A DNA stretch of 64,000 bases, taken from assembly GCA_051362555.1 (NCBI GenBank), contig CM120648.1:11094587-11158586 (forward strand), written 5' to 3'. The stretch comes from Lingula anatina. Lineage: Eukaryota > Animalia > Brachiopoda. Numbering within the stretch: position 1 is the stretch's first letter; each line of letters opens with the position of its first letter. Both the position numbers and the translations under genes were made by a program. Below, in pieces: positions 52,561-64,000 of this stretch. The notes beneath the pieces were generated by a model, which ran no database searches, was not told the origin of the DNA, and was given only the letters and a program-made list of their open reading frames with translations.

Positions 52561-53976
52561 TAAGGTTTTATAGTTGAATATTGGGTGTCTGTCGCCACGC
52601 AACCGTATAGTTGATTGATGTTTTTTTTTTGTTCTAAATGCCGACTGTTTGAGTCGATTAAACAAGCAGAAGTGGAAAAGTTATTGATCTATTAATCTAT
52701 TATCATATGTGTCAAGCATATTCGCAAATGGTTTGACTGAGCTGTTCTGTTCACGGGTGTGAAATGTAACAGTTGAGCCGCGTACGGCAATATTGCGCAA
52801 AGATTTTTCTATGGAAAACGAGCAAACCATCCTGCGACCTATTTATTTATTTATTTATCTGTTTATTTATTTATTTGTTTGTTTGTTTATTTACTTGTTT
52901 GTTTATTAATTTATTTGTAATCGGAATCCAGCCATTCAAAGTGCTTTCAGAGTGCAGCGACCAAAGTTGAGTTGCGATTCACAGTCAGCAAGAAAGTTTC
53001 ACAAAATAAAAAGGACTCCGCCATATAAGAGAATCAAAAGGGCCGCTTACCACCCACTAAGTAACTTGTGATTGTGTTGATGAAGTATTTTTTTCAGTGG
53101 AGACTTTAACCCATTTAGGTATGTCAAACATATTTTTTGTAGGGCAGTCATTGTAATTTAATCCATTTTAAACTTAATTTTCTTAAACTACTAAAACCTT
53201 TTCACATTGCACGGTTCAATTTTCTGTACCGGTTTGGCTGGTCTTACTAACATCAAAGAGATACAAAGAGCTAGGTCTCTTTGGTTTAGGTGGCGCTTTT
53301 TAAGTACAGTTGCCATTCCCGTAGGCCAATAGTCTTCCCCTGTCATGTACTTTTCTGTATAATTTTATGAAAGAAATGTATACTTCAGTAAAAGAGAAGT
53401 AAAACAAAGCTTGGTCACTACTTCTGACATGGAGTTGTTTCAACACTGTCTACATTTAATGAGGAAAAAAGAAAAAAAACAACAGAAATTGACGGATATG
53501 CTTAATTTGGTGCTATAGTGAATTATCATCCTGTCAGAAAAACACGGCAGGATTATTGATAACATATTAGCACATTACTTTTATTTCAAAAATCAAAATG
53601 GTCGCCAAAACATTCAGCAGAAAGTGAAGAAGCGCTGTAAAATCAGTACAGTTGTGGTAAAATTTGTCCAATTAAAAGCATCGCCGCTTTGTATGCTGTA
53701 TTTTTGCTCATAGTATTTTTATAAACCAATATACTATGCTATAATGACAACTTGATTGACATTTAACTAATGATTGGTGAGAGCGTCAGTCCCCAGTGGG
53801 CATGTTGGACCCAGAGCGAAGTTATACAATAAGTTTGTTACATTTAATGTGTATGCGTGTGCGTGTATGTATTTATTTATTTTGTATAATTTACTAGATA
53901 GATTCACATCACTTTATGTCACTGATATCCTCAGAAAACACTATTTCAGTTCAATTTGTCGTCGTTTGGCTATTTA

Positions 53977-54151
53977 GGCCCCTTTCAGAATAACGGACTA
54001 CCTAGTCTAAGGGTCAAATATGGCCGACCCACTTTAATACTTCCCCACGGGATATCTATTCAGTGTCTATTAGCGGATTGAACGGCAAGCTTTTTAGTGG
54101 GTCGCCATGTTTGACCCTCGGACTAGTTAGTCCCCTATTCTGAATGGGGCC
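53977..54151. mobile_element. Palindromic Harbinger/Tourist-like MITE abutting the stop codon of GT copy 5
   Basis: TTA|GGCCCCTTTCAGAATA ... TATTCTGAATGGGGCC|TTA. The right TTA (54152-54154) is the TAA stop on the minus strand. Confidence 0.85.
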
Positions 54152-55210
54152 TTACTCGTCTGTCCAGCTATCCCGAACTTGGCGTGTGCAGACCATTAAT
54201 TGACATTTTAAGCCACGTATCTTCCGTAACCACTTTTTCAGTTTTTGTTTGTCCTTTTTAAGCTGACCATTTAACTTACCTAAGATCCCCTTTTTAACTT
54301 TATATCTGGTGCCCAACGACATCGTATGTATAACCAAAACGTTGCTAATCTTTTTAGACCTGTCTGGTTTGTATACATTTGTAATCCAGTTATCCGCGAA
54401 CCAATCCGTGAAAACGGGCGGATAGTAAAATCCAAAAATATCTATATGTGTTCTGTGCACGAAATCATAGCTCAAAATGTCTGTATTTCCTCCTCGATGA
54501 TTTGGCCCTACTACGCCAACATTTGGTGGACTAAATTCTGAAAGTGCGGAGATAAATGTCTCGGTCCATGATTTCGTCACCATTTCTGTGTCGTCATTGA
54601 TCCTGTAGTAGTAATCCATTGAGTCATTGTACGCCGCCATCATGGCGTCATTTTGTGCGCGCGCAGGTGCACCGGCGTACAGACAGCGTACAAAATGTAG
54701 GTGAACAAGTAGCGATGGTGAGCAATATTTCTTGACGAAATAGAAAAAGTTATCTCTGAACATTTCTTGTGAATTTACTTTCGAGAAAAACTTATCCGTG
54801 AAATCATAGCTGAGGTAGAAGTGATAGGCATAGCCAAGACTTGCCGTCTGGCAGAAACTTGGCAACAAAGTTGTAAAAAGAGGTAATTTTCTCAAAACTG
54901 CCCATGTTCGGATAGGTCTGGTGGTAATGGCGCATCCCACGGCAATTTTCAATAGTGTCTCATCGGTGTTTTCCAAATTTGTAGCGACTTCATTTCCTGT
55001 GGTCAATTTCCCGTCAAAATAGGTCTGTTCGTATTCCAATTCTCCGTCTTCCTGTTCGTATTCCAATTGTTCTTCAGCGAAACTCGAATCCAGCGCGCGG
55101 AATTTAAAAATACTGGTGAGATTCACTTCTATTATAACAATATAAGTGAACGTGGTGATCCCAATGCCAAAGAGGATGGCCACAAGAATGGCGTTTTTAA
55201 ATGTTGTCAT
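54152..55210 (-). CDS. Glycosyltransferase-like protein, copy 5 (subtype B, long acidic stem, extended C-terminus)
   Basis: 352-aa ORF. Catalytic region nearly identical to copy 4. Stem contains duplicated LEYEQ. Confidence 0.87.
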   Translation of the reverse strand: MTTFKNAILVAILFGIGITTFTYIVIIEVNLTSIFKFRALDSSFAEEQLEYEQEDGELEYEQTYFDGKLTTGNEVATNLENTDETLLKIAVGCAITTRPIRTWAVLRKLPLFTTLLPSFCQTASLGYAYHFYLSYDFTDKFFSKVNSQEMFRDNFFYFVKKYCSPSLLVHLHFVRCLYAGAPARAQNDAMMAAYNDSMDYYYRINDDTEMVTKSWTETFISALSEFSPPNVGVVGPNHRGGNTDILSYDFVHRTHIDIFGFYYPPVFTDWFADNWITNVYKPDRSKKISNVLVIHTMSLGTRYKVKKGILGKLNGQLKKDKQKLKKWLRKIRGLKCQLMVCTRQVRDSWTDE

Positions 55211-55296
55211 GTTTTAATAATCCCTTGAATTTCCTAGATAACTAATATTCAAATGCGACAAGTTACTAAGTACACCCATGCATCGCGCATTACTGC

Positions 55297-55299
<3 letters not shown>

Positions 55300-55365
<66 letters not shown>
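55300..55365. repeat. (TA)n microsatellite about 90 bp upstream of the GT copy 5 start
   Basis: Direct read. Confidence 0.95.
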
Positions 55366-55368
<3 letters not shown>

Positions 55369-56230
55369 TCCTGAAATCTGTTTAATGGTGTCACTCTCGG
55401 TGAAATACGTTGATATTTTGCCAGATTCTGGGAAATTGACATGACATCTCCGTCAGGTATGTTTAGATGTTTCACAGAAGTTCACAATGTCAGTCAGTCC
55501 TAGAATTTCGCTTGGATAGCGAAAACTTGCGCTGGTGGTGTATCAGAATTTCAGTTCAACAGTAGTACTGAATATACGGTGTTGCGTGTCTTATTTCTAC
55601 GTACTCGCAGGGTATTGAGTCCATGGTAATAGATATACTCTTCCATGCAAGGTATTTGTCACAAACATCGTCATCAACATCTACAGATGTCTTTTTAGTA
55701 GATTCTTCTTATATATAAAAAACCCTAAACAATAAATACCAACTGGAATCAGTTACAATATGACACGTCTTGTTTAATTACGTGGGTTTCTGTCACAGGC
55801 GCACCGGTGTCTACGAAGCATGTATACAAAGAAAAGGCCCAACTTCCTTCATATGGAGAGCACTTGTTTGGAGCTGAAAAAATAGTATTTTTAATAAATT
55901 AAGTATGAGTTAGAAAACATTAGTAAAGGTTATTTTTTGTGTGAAAGTAAAGGTTTGAAAGGCACAAAAGAGATATTTCCAATTCTATGCAGAGGAGGTG
56001 GTGCCGTGGAAATTAACTTGCAGCCTCTAGCTACCTCCCCTTTCTTCTCTTTTTTTTTATATACAAAACGTAGCCTTCAAACTTATTTATTCACGTGTAA
56101 GCCCTTAGTGTTGTTTTTTATTTACTTTAATTTGAATGGATTTTTAGACGTCCATTAAACCATTTAAAAACAAGTCAGATCTGGATCTTTTTGGTTATTG
56201 CTCGACGGAGATGCAAGAGTTCGCTTGGCG

Positions 56231-56272
<42 letters not shown>

Positions 56273-56452
56273 TTTTGGGGGGGGAGGGGGGAGAAACTTT
56301 GAACTTTGCACCTAGTATACATGTATAAAACAAAAACAATCACAGTACCGGTACTTAACAGAAAAACAATCAGAATACATACCAGGTATTCAAAAATACA
56401 AATAAACAAGAAAGTTTAATTTAAGGTAACTTCCAGTATTTTTTTCACGCGT

Positions 56453-56498
<46 letters not shown>

Positions 56499-56555
56499 AC
56501 ACTCCATTAATCCCTCCATTAAACAACCGCTTGGTCACAAATTCGTGTTCACTAA

Positions 56556-56781
56556 GGGTGCTTTCCCAGAGGTACAGATCCATCTAGAGATTAAGATTTA
56601 GATCGACCTAACTCCCTGGGGGTTCACGCTAAATTGCAGTCAGCCGAGCGGGCACCATAGTTAATTACCCCCTTACAGCTTTTAGTAGGCGGGACAGACG
56701 CTTAATCCAGCCAAGCTGACAGTAATCTAGTGAGACTCCCCACAGGGATAGATCGATCTAAAAATCTATGGAAATGGGGTG
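56556..56781. mobile_element. Harbinger/Tourist-like MITE family 1, copy d (opposite orientation)
   Basis: TAA on both sides, same internal sequence. Confidence 0.8.
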
Positions 56782-58435
56782 TAATACAGACCTGTACTTT
56801 TAAATCAATAACAAAGACACGGCTCACCGTTCACTCCTAATTGCATATATGTATGTGATGATACAGGATATCAACTAATGATCCCTTCCATCATGCATGA
56901 CAACTACACAGAGGTGCGTTCAGACAGGAACAAATCTGGACCGATCCAGGTCCTTATGACACCGCTGGACTAAAATTGCTGAACTTTTCACCTGTTTGAG
57001 AAGCATTAAAAAGCCATTTACATAATTTTGTCCATCTTTAAAACGCTGGTTTTACTGAGCGGAGTGAAGTCTACCAATCTTCTGTATACGGATCATCAAA
57101 AGCTCACCGCGTATCACATCTCAAGGAGGAGTATCAAAACAAGATTTAAACTCTCACAAAACATTAAAAAAAAATTATGAAGATCAATCAATCCCTGAAC
57201 GAAATCGTGTTTCATCAACCAGTTGCACTCGAAAGCTGCAGCTTTAAATCTTAAATTCAAAAGTGTGCCTTCTCCTAAAAGTACAGAGAAGGGGAAATTC
57301 AAACGAAATACATATAAATATGCTTAACGAATTGAAGCGAGGCGATACCATTTCTTCATATGTGGTCCCTTACCTCCATTAAGACCCGCTCACCTTAAAC
57401 ACGATTAAACTCTGGTTCTGTTAAAAGCACCTTCTCAGTTTGAAAGCAAGTCCACCCCCGTCTCACACTGTCATCGTTTTAATTAGTCTGCTCTTCTCGT
57501 TCGCATAATGACGCCTAATACCAATGCAGCACAATATCGATTATCTGAACCAGTACATGCAGTGCACGTGTATTTAGTTGGCCGTAAATAGTTCTCATCA
57601 GTTTCTCAGTGACAGAGAATGAAAAGCAATTTGCTTGCATGTGTAGTTTTCTATACAGGACTGAACAACAACTAAAATTTAAAATGCCAACGCCATGGAA
57701 AGAAAATATTTAGAAACAATGATGTGGACACCAATATGTGACACGCCCTTATAATATCGATAGGAAGGCCCCAATCCTTTACCCTGAGTGTCAAAGCAAC
57801 GTAAAAATTAGCCTGTAAATATTAAATATTCCCTTGGAGTCATTTTTACTGGTATTGCTGATATGGGTTATATATGAAATCAAGATCGAGCTGGCAATAC
57901 CGGAATCTAGAACCTAGGGTACAATCCTTTAAATGTTTCCACTTTTCAACCCGCTTTAGTGGATAACTTCATGGAAAATGTTGATGACATTTTAAAGATG
58001 TAACAAAGAAGCCTGTGTGAATAATAGCAAAATCTCCTTCTATTATTGACTATTTTCTGCCTTCCCAATACAACTACGCACGACTAGAAAGTGGAACTAA
58101 ATGTCAGTTATTGAGAATGATGAAGTGGCGAGTCAATCTCCCACGTAACATAATGTGAATTTCCATTAATTATTTGGTGCTGGTAATGTCCTTTCTGTTT
58201 AGCAAGATTGATAAGCTTTGTTTGAACCATAGGCTTCAGGGGCGGATCCAGGATTATTCAAGGGGAGATCCAATTTCTTTAAGAATGACAGGCCTCGGAT
58301 GCGAAGCCGACCCATGCCCCTTGGTGTGGGGTTCAGTGGTTTGGAGAGCAAACGGTGCCATTTGGTGCAGTTTAGAACTATGATTCAGCTATTCAAAATT
58401 CTTATATCAAGAAGGGAACATTGATGTGATTTTTT

Positions 58436-58479
<44 letters not shown>

Positions 58480-61347
58480 TAAATCCGCCAAATGAGCCTG
58501 ACATATTTGAACCATATTTAGGCACTGACCATCAGACATCAGAATGTGAAGTAAATATAGATGTCGCCCTACACTTCCTAGGCTGGGTTTACTACACAGA
58601 CTTGATTTTGATAATATCACCTTTCAAGACGATGGAAATAAAATGTCTTGATTTTTCCGAATTTACACTAAGCGTTTTTACACTTACGTAAACGGGCTAA
58701 AATTCTAATACTCGATTTGTAATTAAAATCGTACAACAGCACTTATTCCCTTAATGCTTAAATGCAAGTTCTTCTCTTTTTAAAAATATGTGTTCAAAGC
58801 CCTGTTTACGAACACTTTTTAGAGGATTATACTATTTCGATCGGCTTGAACAAAATTAATTAATTAAAAGTTGCATTTATCGGGGGATACAGAATTGCTA
58901 GGATGACGATTTTACTATCTGAATGTAGGCTAGTGTCACTTATGTTGGATATTGAAACTCTATCTCTGATCAAACTTTTTATTATTTGCGCGCTTTGAAA
59001 AGCAAAACACATATTCTTTCATTTACAACTACCAAAAATTATGAATTAAAATAAAGCGAGGAATATGGAATATTCAACTTGAGTGTGAAATTCGGCAGTC
59101 TTTCGCCGATACATTTAAAAGAAGAGTCGGCGCTGCCAGGAAAATAAGTTTAGTTGAGCATTTTGGCCCCTTTATTCATACTGAAATCTATAGTGAGGAA
59201 AGAGTTCTTCTGACAACAGATCATCTCTTTCAGTGTCCGGGTGGTCGTGCTAAAGAGCCTCCGATTGCAGCAGAGGCGAACCCAACCCCAGCCCCCTCCA
59301 GATGGCGCTATAGTACGGTCTTGTAGGTCAAACATGGCAAAAACTGTTCAAGATAAAATCATGCAGTGGACATATTAGGAGAGTCAGTGACCTACATAAT
59401 GTCGTTCCATTTGGGGGTGGGTTAGGGTCTGGGTTTTATTTTCTGCTGATACAAATTGAAATGTATCGACCACTTAATGCATCATATACATTTTCATTTG
59501 AATAAATTATAAACAAAGTTTCGCCTGTCGGATAAGGGCGACTGTTGAATAGAAAAAGTGCCTACTTCATCCCGCCCCCCCCCTCCTTGAATTTAATTGA
59601 ACCTACATTCAAGAAAGAGATGTCACTTCTACAGTTCTCAGAGACCAAGGAGTGGACGCAAGGCGGTCTTGATATTAAGATACGAATATGTCAATTCCAA
59701 CCAATTCAATTTAACGTTTGAAGATACTTGAGGTAAGCATTTGATGTTAACTTATTTGTGATTCATTTTTGACAAGTAATCTGACGCATGCATGCTCAAA
59801 ACTGGTTTTAGACATTCCTCAGCATTTCCCTTTGTGGCATTTTGGATACTCCACAATGTCTTCATTTCTGCATGCCCCATGCCAATGTGTGATGCTGTGT
59901 TGCACATCAGGTCAATTACTCGGAACTCAGTTTGTGGAAACATTAATGGCAATAAATTTTTGAGAACTTTTGCCATGAAAGGAGAAATGCTGTAGAGTCA
60001 CATGTTTAAAATCCTCACAATCCGCATGTTGATATTTACTTTTCCTTTGATGCGTAAAGACGTATCATCTCTTCAAATTTGAAAATTCGCTGTCTCGTTG
60101 GCTTTAAAGTTTTATTTTGTGGTCTTCAATCGATCATTTTGTTTTACAAGTGTATGTATAGGGTTTGCGTAGTGTAGTCTTTATAACTTTTAAAATTTCT
60201 TGAACTTGAAAAACAGTTTTAGCGAATATTACTGTAAATATCACAGTTGAGCCGCACATTTTAATTCAAAAATGGAAAATAAACGTTTTTCGTCTGTTTA
60301 GTATTTCTCAATTTGTTTACCAAAATTACTATCTAACTACGAATAAAAAACGTTTAATCGGTTAGATAAATAAAACAATTTTCTGTAGTGTAGGTTTGTC
60401 GAATGAAAAAATAAATAACGTTTCGTCGTAAATATACTATAATAAACAAACTCCTAGGATACAGGTACGTGACACAGGTTATACATTAAGAAGTGAAGAA
60501 GGCAAACATATTATGTAGAACAGACTCTGTATCGCAGGGGACTCTTGTACTCGTTCGTACGTGACACCAGGGTTGAAATTCCGCGTATTTTAATTGGTGA
60601 TCTAGTCCGTTAGAACAAATTACTATAACGTTAACGGTGATTTTACGTTTAAGTTAAACACTTACTTTTGTCTGTTCATTTGATAGACTTAAGACGAAAT
60701 TTTTTATCATTTTGTCTTAAAAAATGGAATTGAACAGACGGAATCTTTTTTGGCGATATACCTAGACGAATATCTCCCTAGATTTCGTATATCGAGAATT
60801 GTTATTGAGAACTATTACAAACGCTTCATATCAAAGACAAAGAACAATCAATGTCATATATCAAAACCGTTTTATTTCATTGTATTTCGTCTCTTTGTAG
60901 AACAGTTTTAACTGATTACAGTACAATTGATTAAATTACATATCTGAATTATATATTTTTCACTAGTTAAACACTTACCAGTGTGGTTATGACTTTAATA
61001 CACGTCGAGCACAAGAAACAACTTACACTTTCTCTAAGCAGTGACTACACCTGTATAATCTCATTACTATCTTAAACTCGTACAGTGCATGTATATACAT
61101 ACTAAATAGTATATCACACAGTATATGGATTCAAACAGAAAGAAATGTGAATACTATGATAATCTATAACAATTTGCGCACTTTTCTGTAACTGTACTTT
61201 TCTATATCTGTAAATTTAACAGGCAACTCTCCCTTGACTAGCCTGTTTCTAGGCCACTTTACTTTTATTTTTCAGACAAACGAACTGTCATTCAAAACAA
61301 CAGTAAACTCAGATCCTATCACCAAAGTAAAACAAAATCTGCGTTAA

Positions 61348-61696
61348 AGGGATAATAACTCTTCGTATGAGGTCTACATTTCACAAAAAAAAAAAAAAAA
61401 AAAACATTGTGAATAACTCACAGAAATATAATATATTCTGTTTTACAACAAAAACAGCAGTTATAGCTATTATTCTGATATCTGAGCTTGTCTTCAGATC
61501 ACGTGACCTCCACTGATGGCTATACTCTGCTAAAATCTCTTAAGAGATTTTAACAAAAAACCAAACTTTTTAGAAAAAAACTAGGGACAAACTTTGAATG
61601 TAAAAATGGATTCATTAACCATTGGTAAGTATGGGAAAATTGTTGTTTACTCCAGGAAAATTCATTTTTTTGCCAAAACGAAGAGTTATTATCCCT
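61348..61696. mobile_element. Kolobok-like MITE
   Basis: Perfect 19-bp TIR AGGGATAATAACTCTTCGT, TTAA on both sides (61344-47, 61697-700). Confidence 0.85.
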
Positions 61697-63185
61697 TTAA
61701 CTGACAATATTACTTGCTAATTACACCAGCATATCTCTGTGTTGCTGGATAAGAATTAACTTTTCAATAAATACGTGATCGTTAGACAAGGTACCAGTAG
61801 ATGTCGTTGCACTGGTAACGTGAAACCAAGTATGAACCAGTTTCAGTGACGTCATATCAAAAGCACAGCAGGAGGGCACCAAAATAAATGGCAACAAGTT
61901 ACGCAAGTAAGTAATAATCTCTATTTAGTGGATGCAGATGGCGCACTGCTGAGCTGGCGATGCTTGGCAATTTTGGCGCCAATGAACAAAGCAACCAAGT
62001 CGGTAGTTTCGCATCTTGTGAATATTTTACTTTTTCTTGCATATTCTACCTAAGTTTCCACTCTCTCTCTCTCTCATTTCCTTCGTGTTAACACATAACC
62101 CAATAGTCAGCATCAAGTTTAAGATTACATCTATGAATATGGCATATGCTACTTGTATAATGTCGGCAGTGTTCGTTCAGTCCGGTATAACGAAACTGAG
62201 AGTCCGTGTAAGAGAAAACCCGCCCTCCATTTTGTTATAATGGTTAGGGTTAGCCTGACCTATGTGGGAGACAATCTAGGGCGAGGCTTACCTGTACAAA
62301 TGAATGGGAAGCTGACTCTCTATCATGGGGGACTCCCTGTCACGTTACACCGGCCCTGACCATGTATTAACCGTGGTTTAAGACATTTCACGTGACTCGT
62401 ATATATAAATCCCATACGAAAAAGTCCTACAGGATCCTATTGGACTTTTTCGTATGGGGTTTGCCACACATCTTTCTTCCTGCATGCCCTTGGGAACATA
62501 GACCCCTGAGGTGATATACACTGATACAGAATGAGATCCGACGAATGTTCACAAAGTTCCTTCTATATTTATCCATGAGGTAATGTTCATTTACGTTTTA
62601 TTCTTTAAATGCATTTACACTGGCATATGAATGACATTGCTTCAACATGTTTGCGGAATTCAATGGCAGATCAGTGTTATAAACTTATTAGGGCTGTTAA
62701 ATGTCATATTACGGTTAAATTACATATATTTATATAAGATTCCGTTTTGGTTTATCCTGTATTATATTGAATATGGGTGTGGAAATCCAAAGTGAAATGT
62801 ACATCAAGACAGAATTGGTGGTTGGGGAAAAGGGGGGGGGGGGCATAAGAAGTGCTGATCACAAACGACTATTACATAACTGGATTTCTGCCAAGAAATG
62901 ACCCCTCTCTCACCCTACCAAATTTCTTTTTTATCTGCCAGTGTATTACAGCAAACAAGTGAAGCTTTCCCATTTGCAAAATAAACAGTGGGGTTTTCAG
63001 ATCTTTTTCATACTAACAACTACATTTGAAGCAGCACAAAATTACCTATATATATATGCTCCATTATGAAGATTCCTTAAAATTACAATTTCACAATTCT
63101 AAAGCACATACTACTACATGTACCTGGTACAATGGAAATATCTCCAAATGCAATAATAAGAAGCATAGATGAAAATGACAAGTTA

Positions 63186-63418
63186 GGTCACATTCAGAGC
63201 AGATGATCCTCGGATCTACTGGTCCATGGATCAAATCCTTTCTAATCCTTTAATGGTCTTCCCGCCTCCACATGGATTAAATTTTTGCTTCTGCAGGGCA
63301 GTTGCATGTGGAGGAGGGGTGATCCTTAAGGGATAAGGCAGTCTTGCTTTCATATAGGGTCCACTATATTTGATCCCCAGACCAGTAGATCCGAGGATAA
63401 TCTGTTGTGAATGTGCTC
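63186..63418. mobile_element. Palindromic Harbinger-like MITE
   Basis: TTA|GGTCACATTCA...ATCCTCGGATCTACTGGTC / GACCAGTAGATCCGAGGAT...TGAATGTGCTC|TTA. Confidence 0.75.
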
Positions 63419-63890
63419 TTAAACTCGCCGTTTGTGCAATTTATGTAATTGGTGTAGTCTAAATGTCACATCATGCCTAAATACCTTTGCAGGAGCTAGA
63501 TTTTTCATCAACCAAACAAGAAGAATAAATACACTAAAAATGTATTAATTCCTACACTGATGAGCATTGTAAAGCATTTAGAAGCTCATAGGGAACTAAA
63601 ATACGAAATTCAATATACATTAATAATTATAATTTAAAACATTTCACATTTCTAAAATTATGAAAATGATACAGGTTAAAGAATAAAATAGTTCAAAGGG
63701 AGAATGTAAAATTTATACAAAATGAGTTTTTAACTACCCAATACATACAAAAGAATCCCTTTTAGTCTTCAACTTGAACTAGACTAAGACAATGATAGTA
63801 TTTATAATACAATAAACCCAACTACTCTCATGATTCTTTGGCAATATATTCTTGTGTAGACAAAGTGGCTGCAAGTTTGAAAAGAACTAC

Positions 63891-63891
<1 letters not shown>

Positions 63892-63928
<37 letters not shown>
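63892..63928. repeat. (TAA)n microsatellite
   Basis: Direct read. Confidence 0.95.
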
Positions 63929-63929
<1 letters not shown>

Positions 63930-64000
63930 TCAGGGAGAAAAGCATTGGCAAAAATGTATAGATAATGTATAGATAAAATTATAGCAATTTACCCATATAC

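Overview
AT-rich, repeat-dense eukaryotic DNA from an invertebrate animal (inferred; a lophotrochozoan or non-vertebrate deuterostome is most plausible). Two gene systems stand out. (1) A nearly intron-free, roughly 1480-aa GRL101-like (type C LGR) GPCR on + with an unusually long ectodomain: signal peptide, CUB, CUB-like, two C-type lectin domains, about 7 LDLa repeats, LRRs, hinge and 7TM. Its big second exon is cut in two by a 3.87-kb Academ-like long-TIR element (TAG...CTA termini, 3-bp AAG duplication) that itself carries a Tc1 fossil. Removing the element restores a perfect ORF. (2) A tandem array on - of five intact single-coding-exon type II membrane GT-A-fold glycosyltransferase-like genes plus a sixth truncated copy, built by segmental duplication, in two sequence subtypes, with conserved CRE/E-box motifs upstream and transposon-modified 3' ends. 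The rest is Tc1/mariner fossils, Kolobok-like TTAA elements, Harbinger/Tourist-like MITEs, Helentron/HINE-like elements and microsatellites. No rRNA, tRNA or CRISPR is seen. All family assignments are from motif recognition, not database searches.
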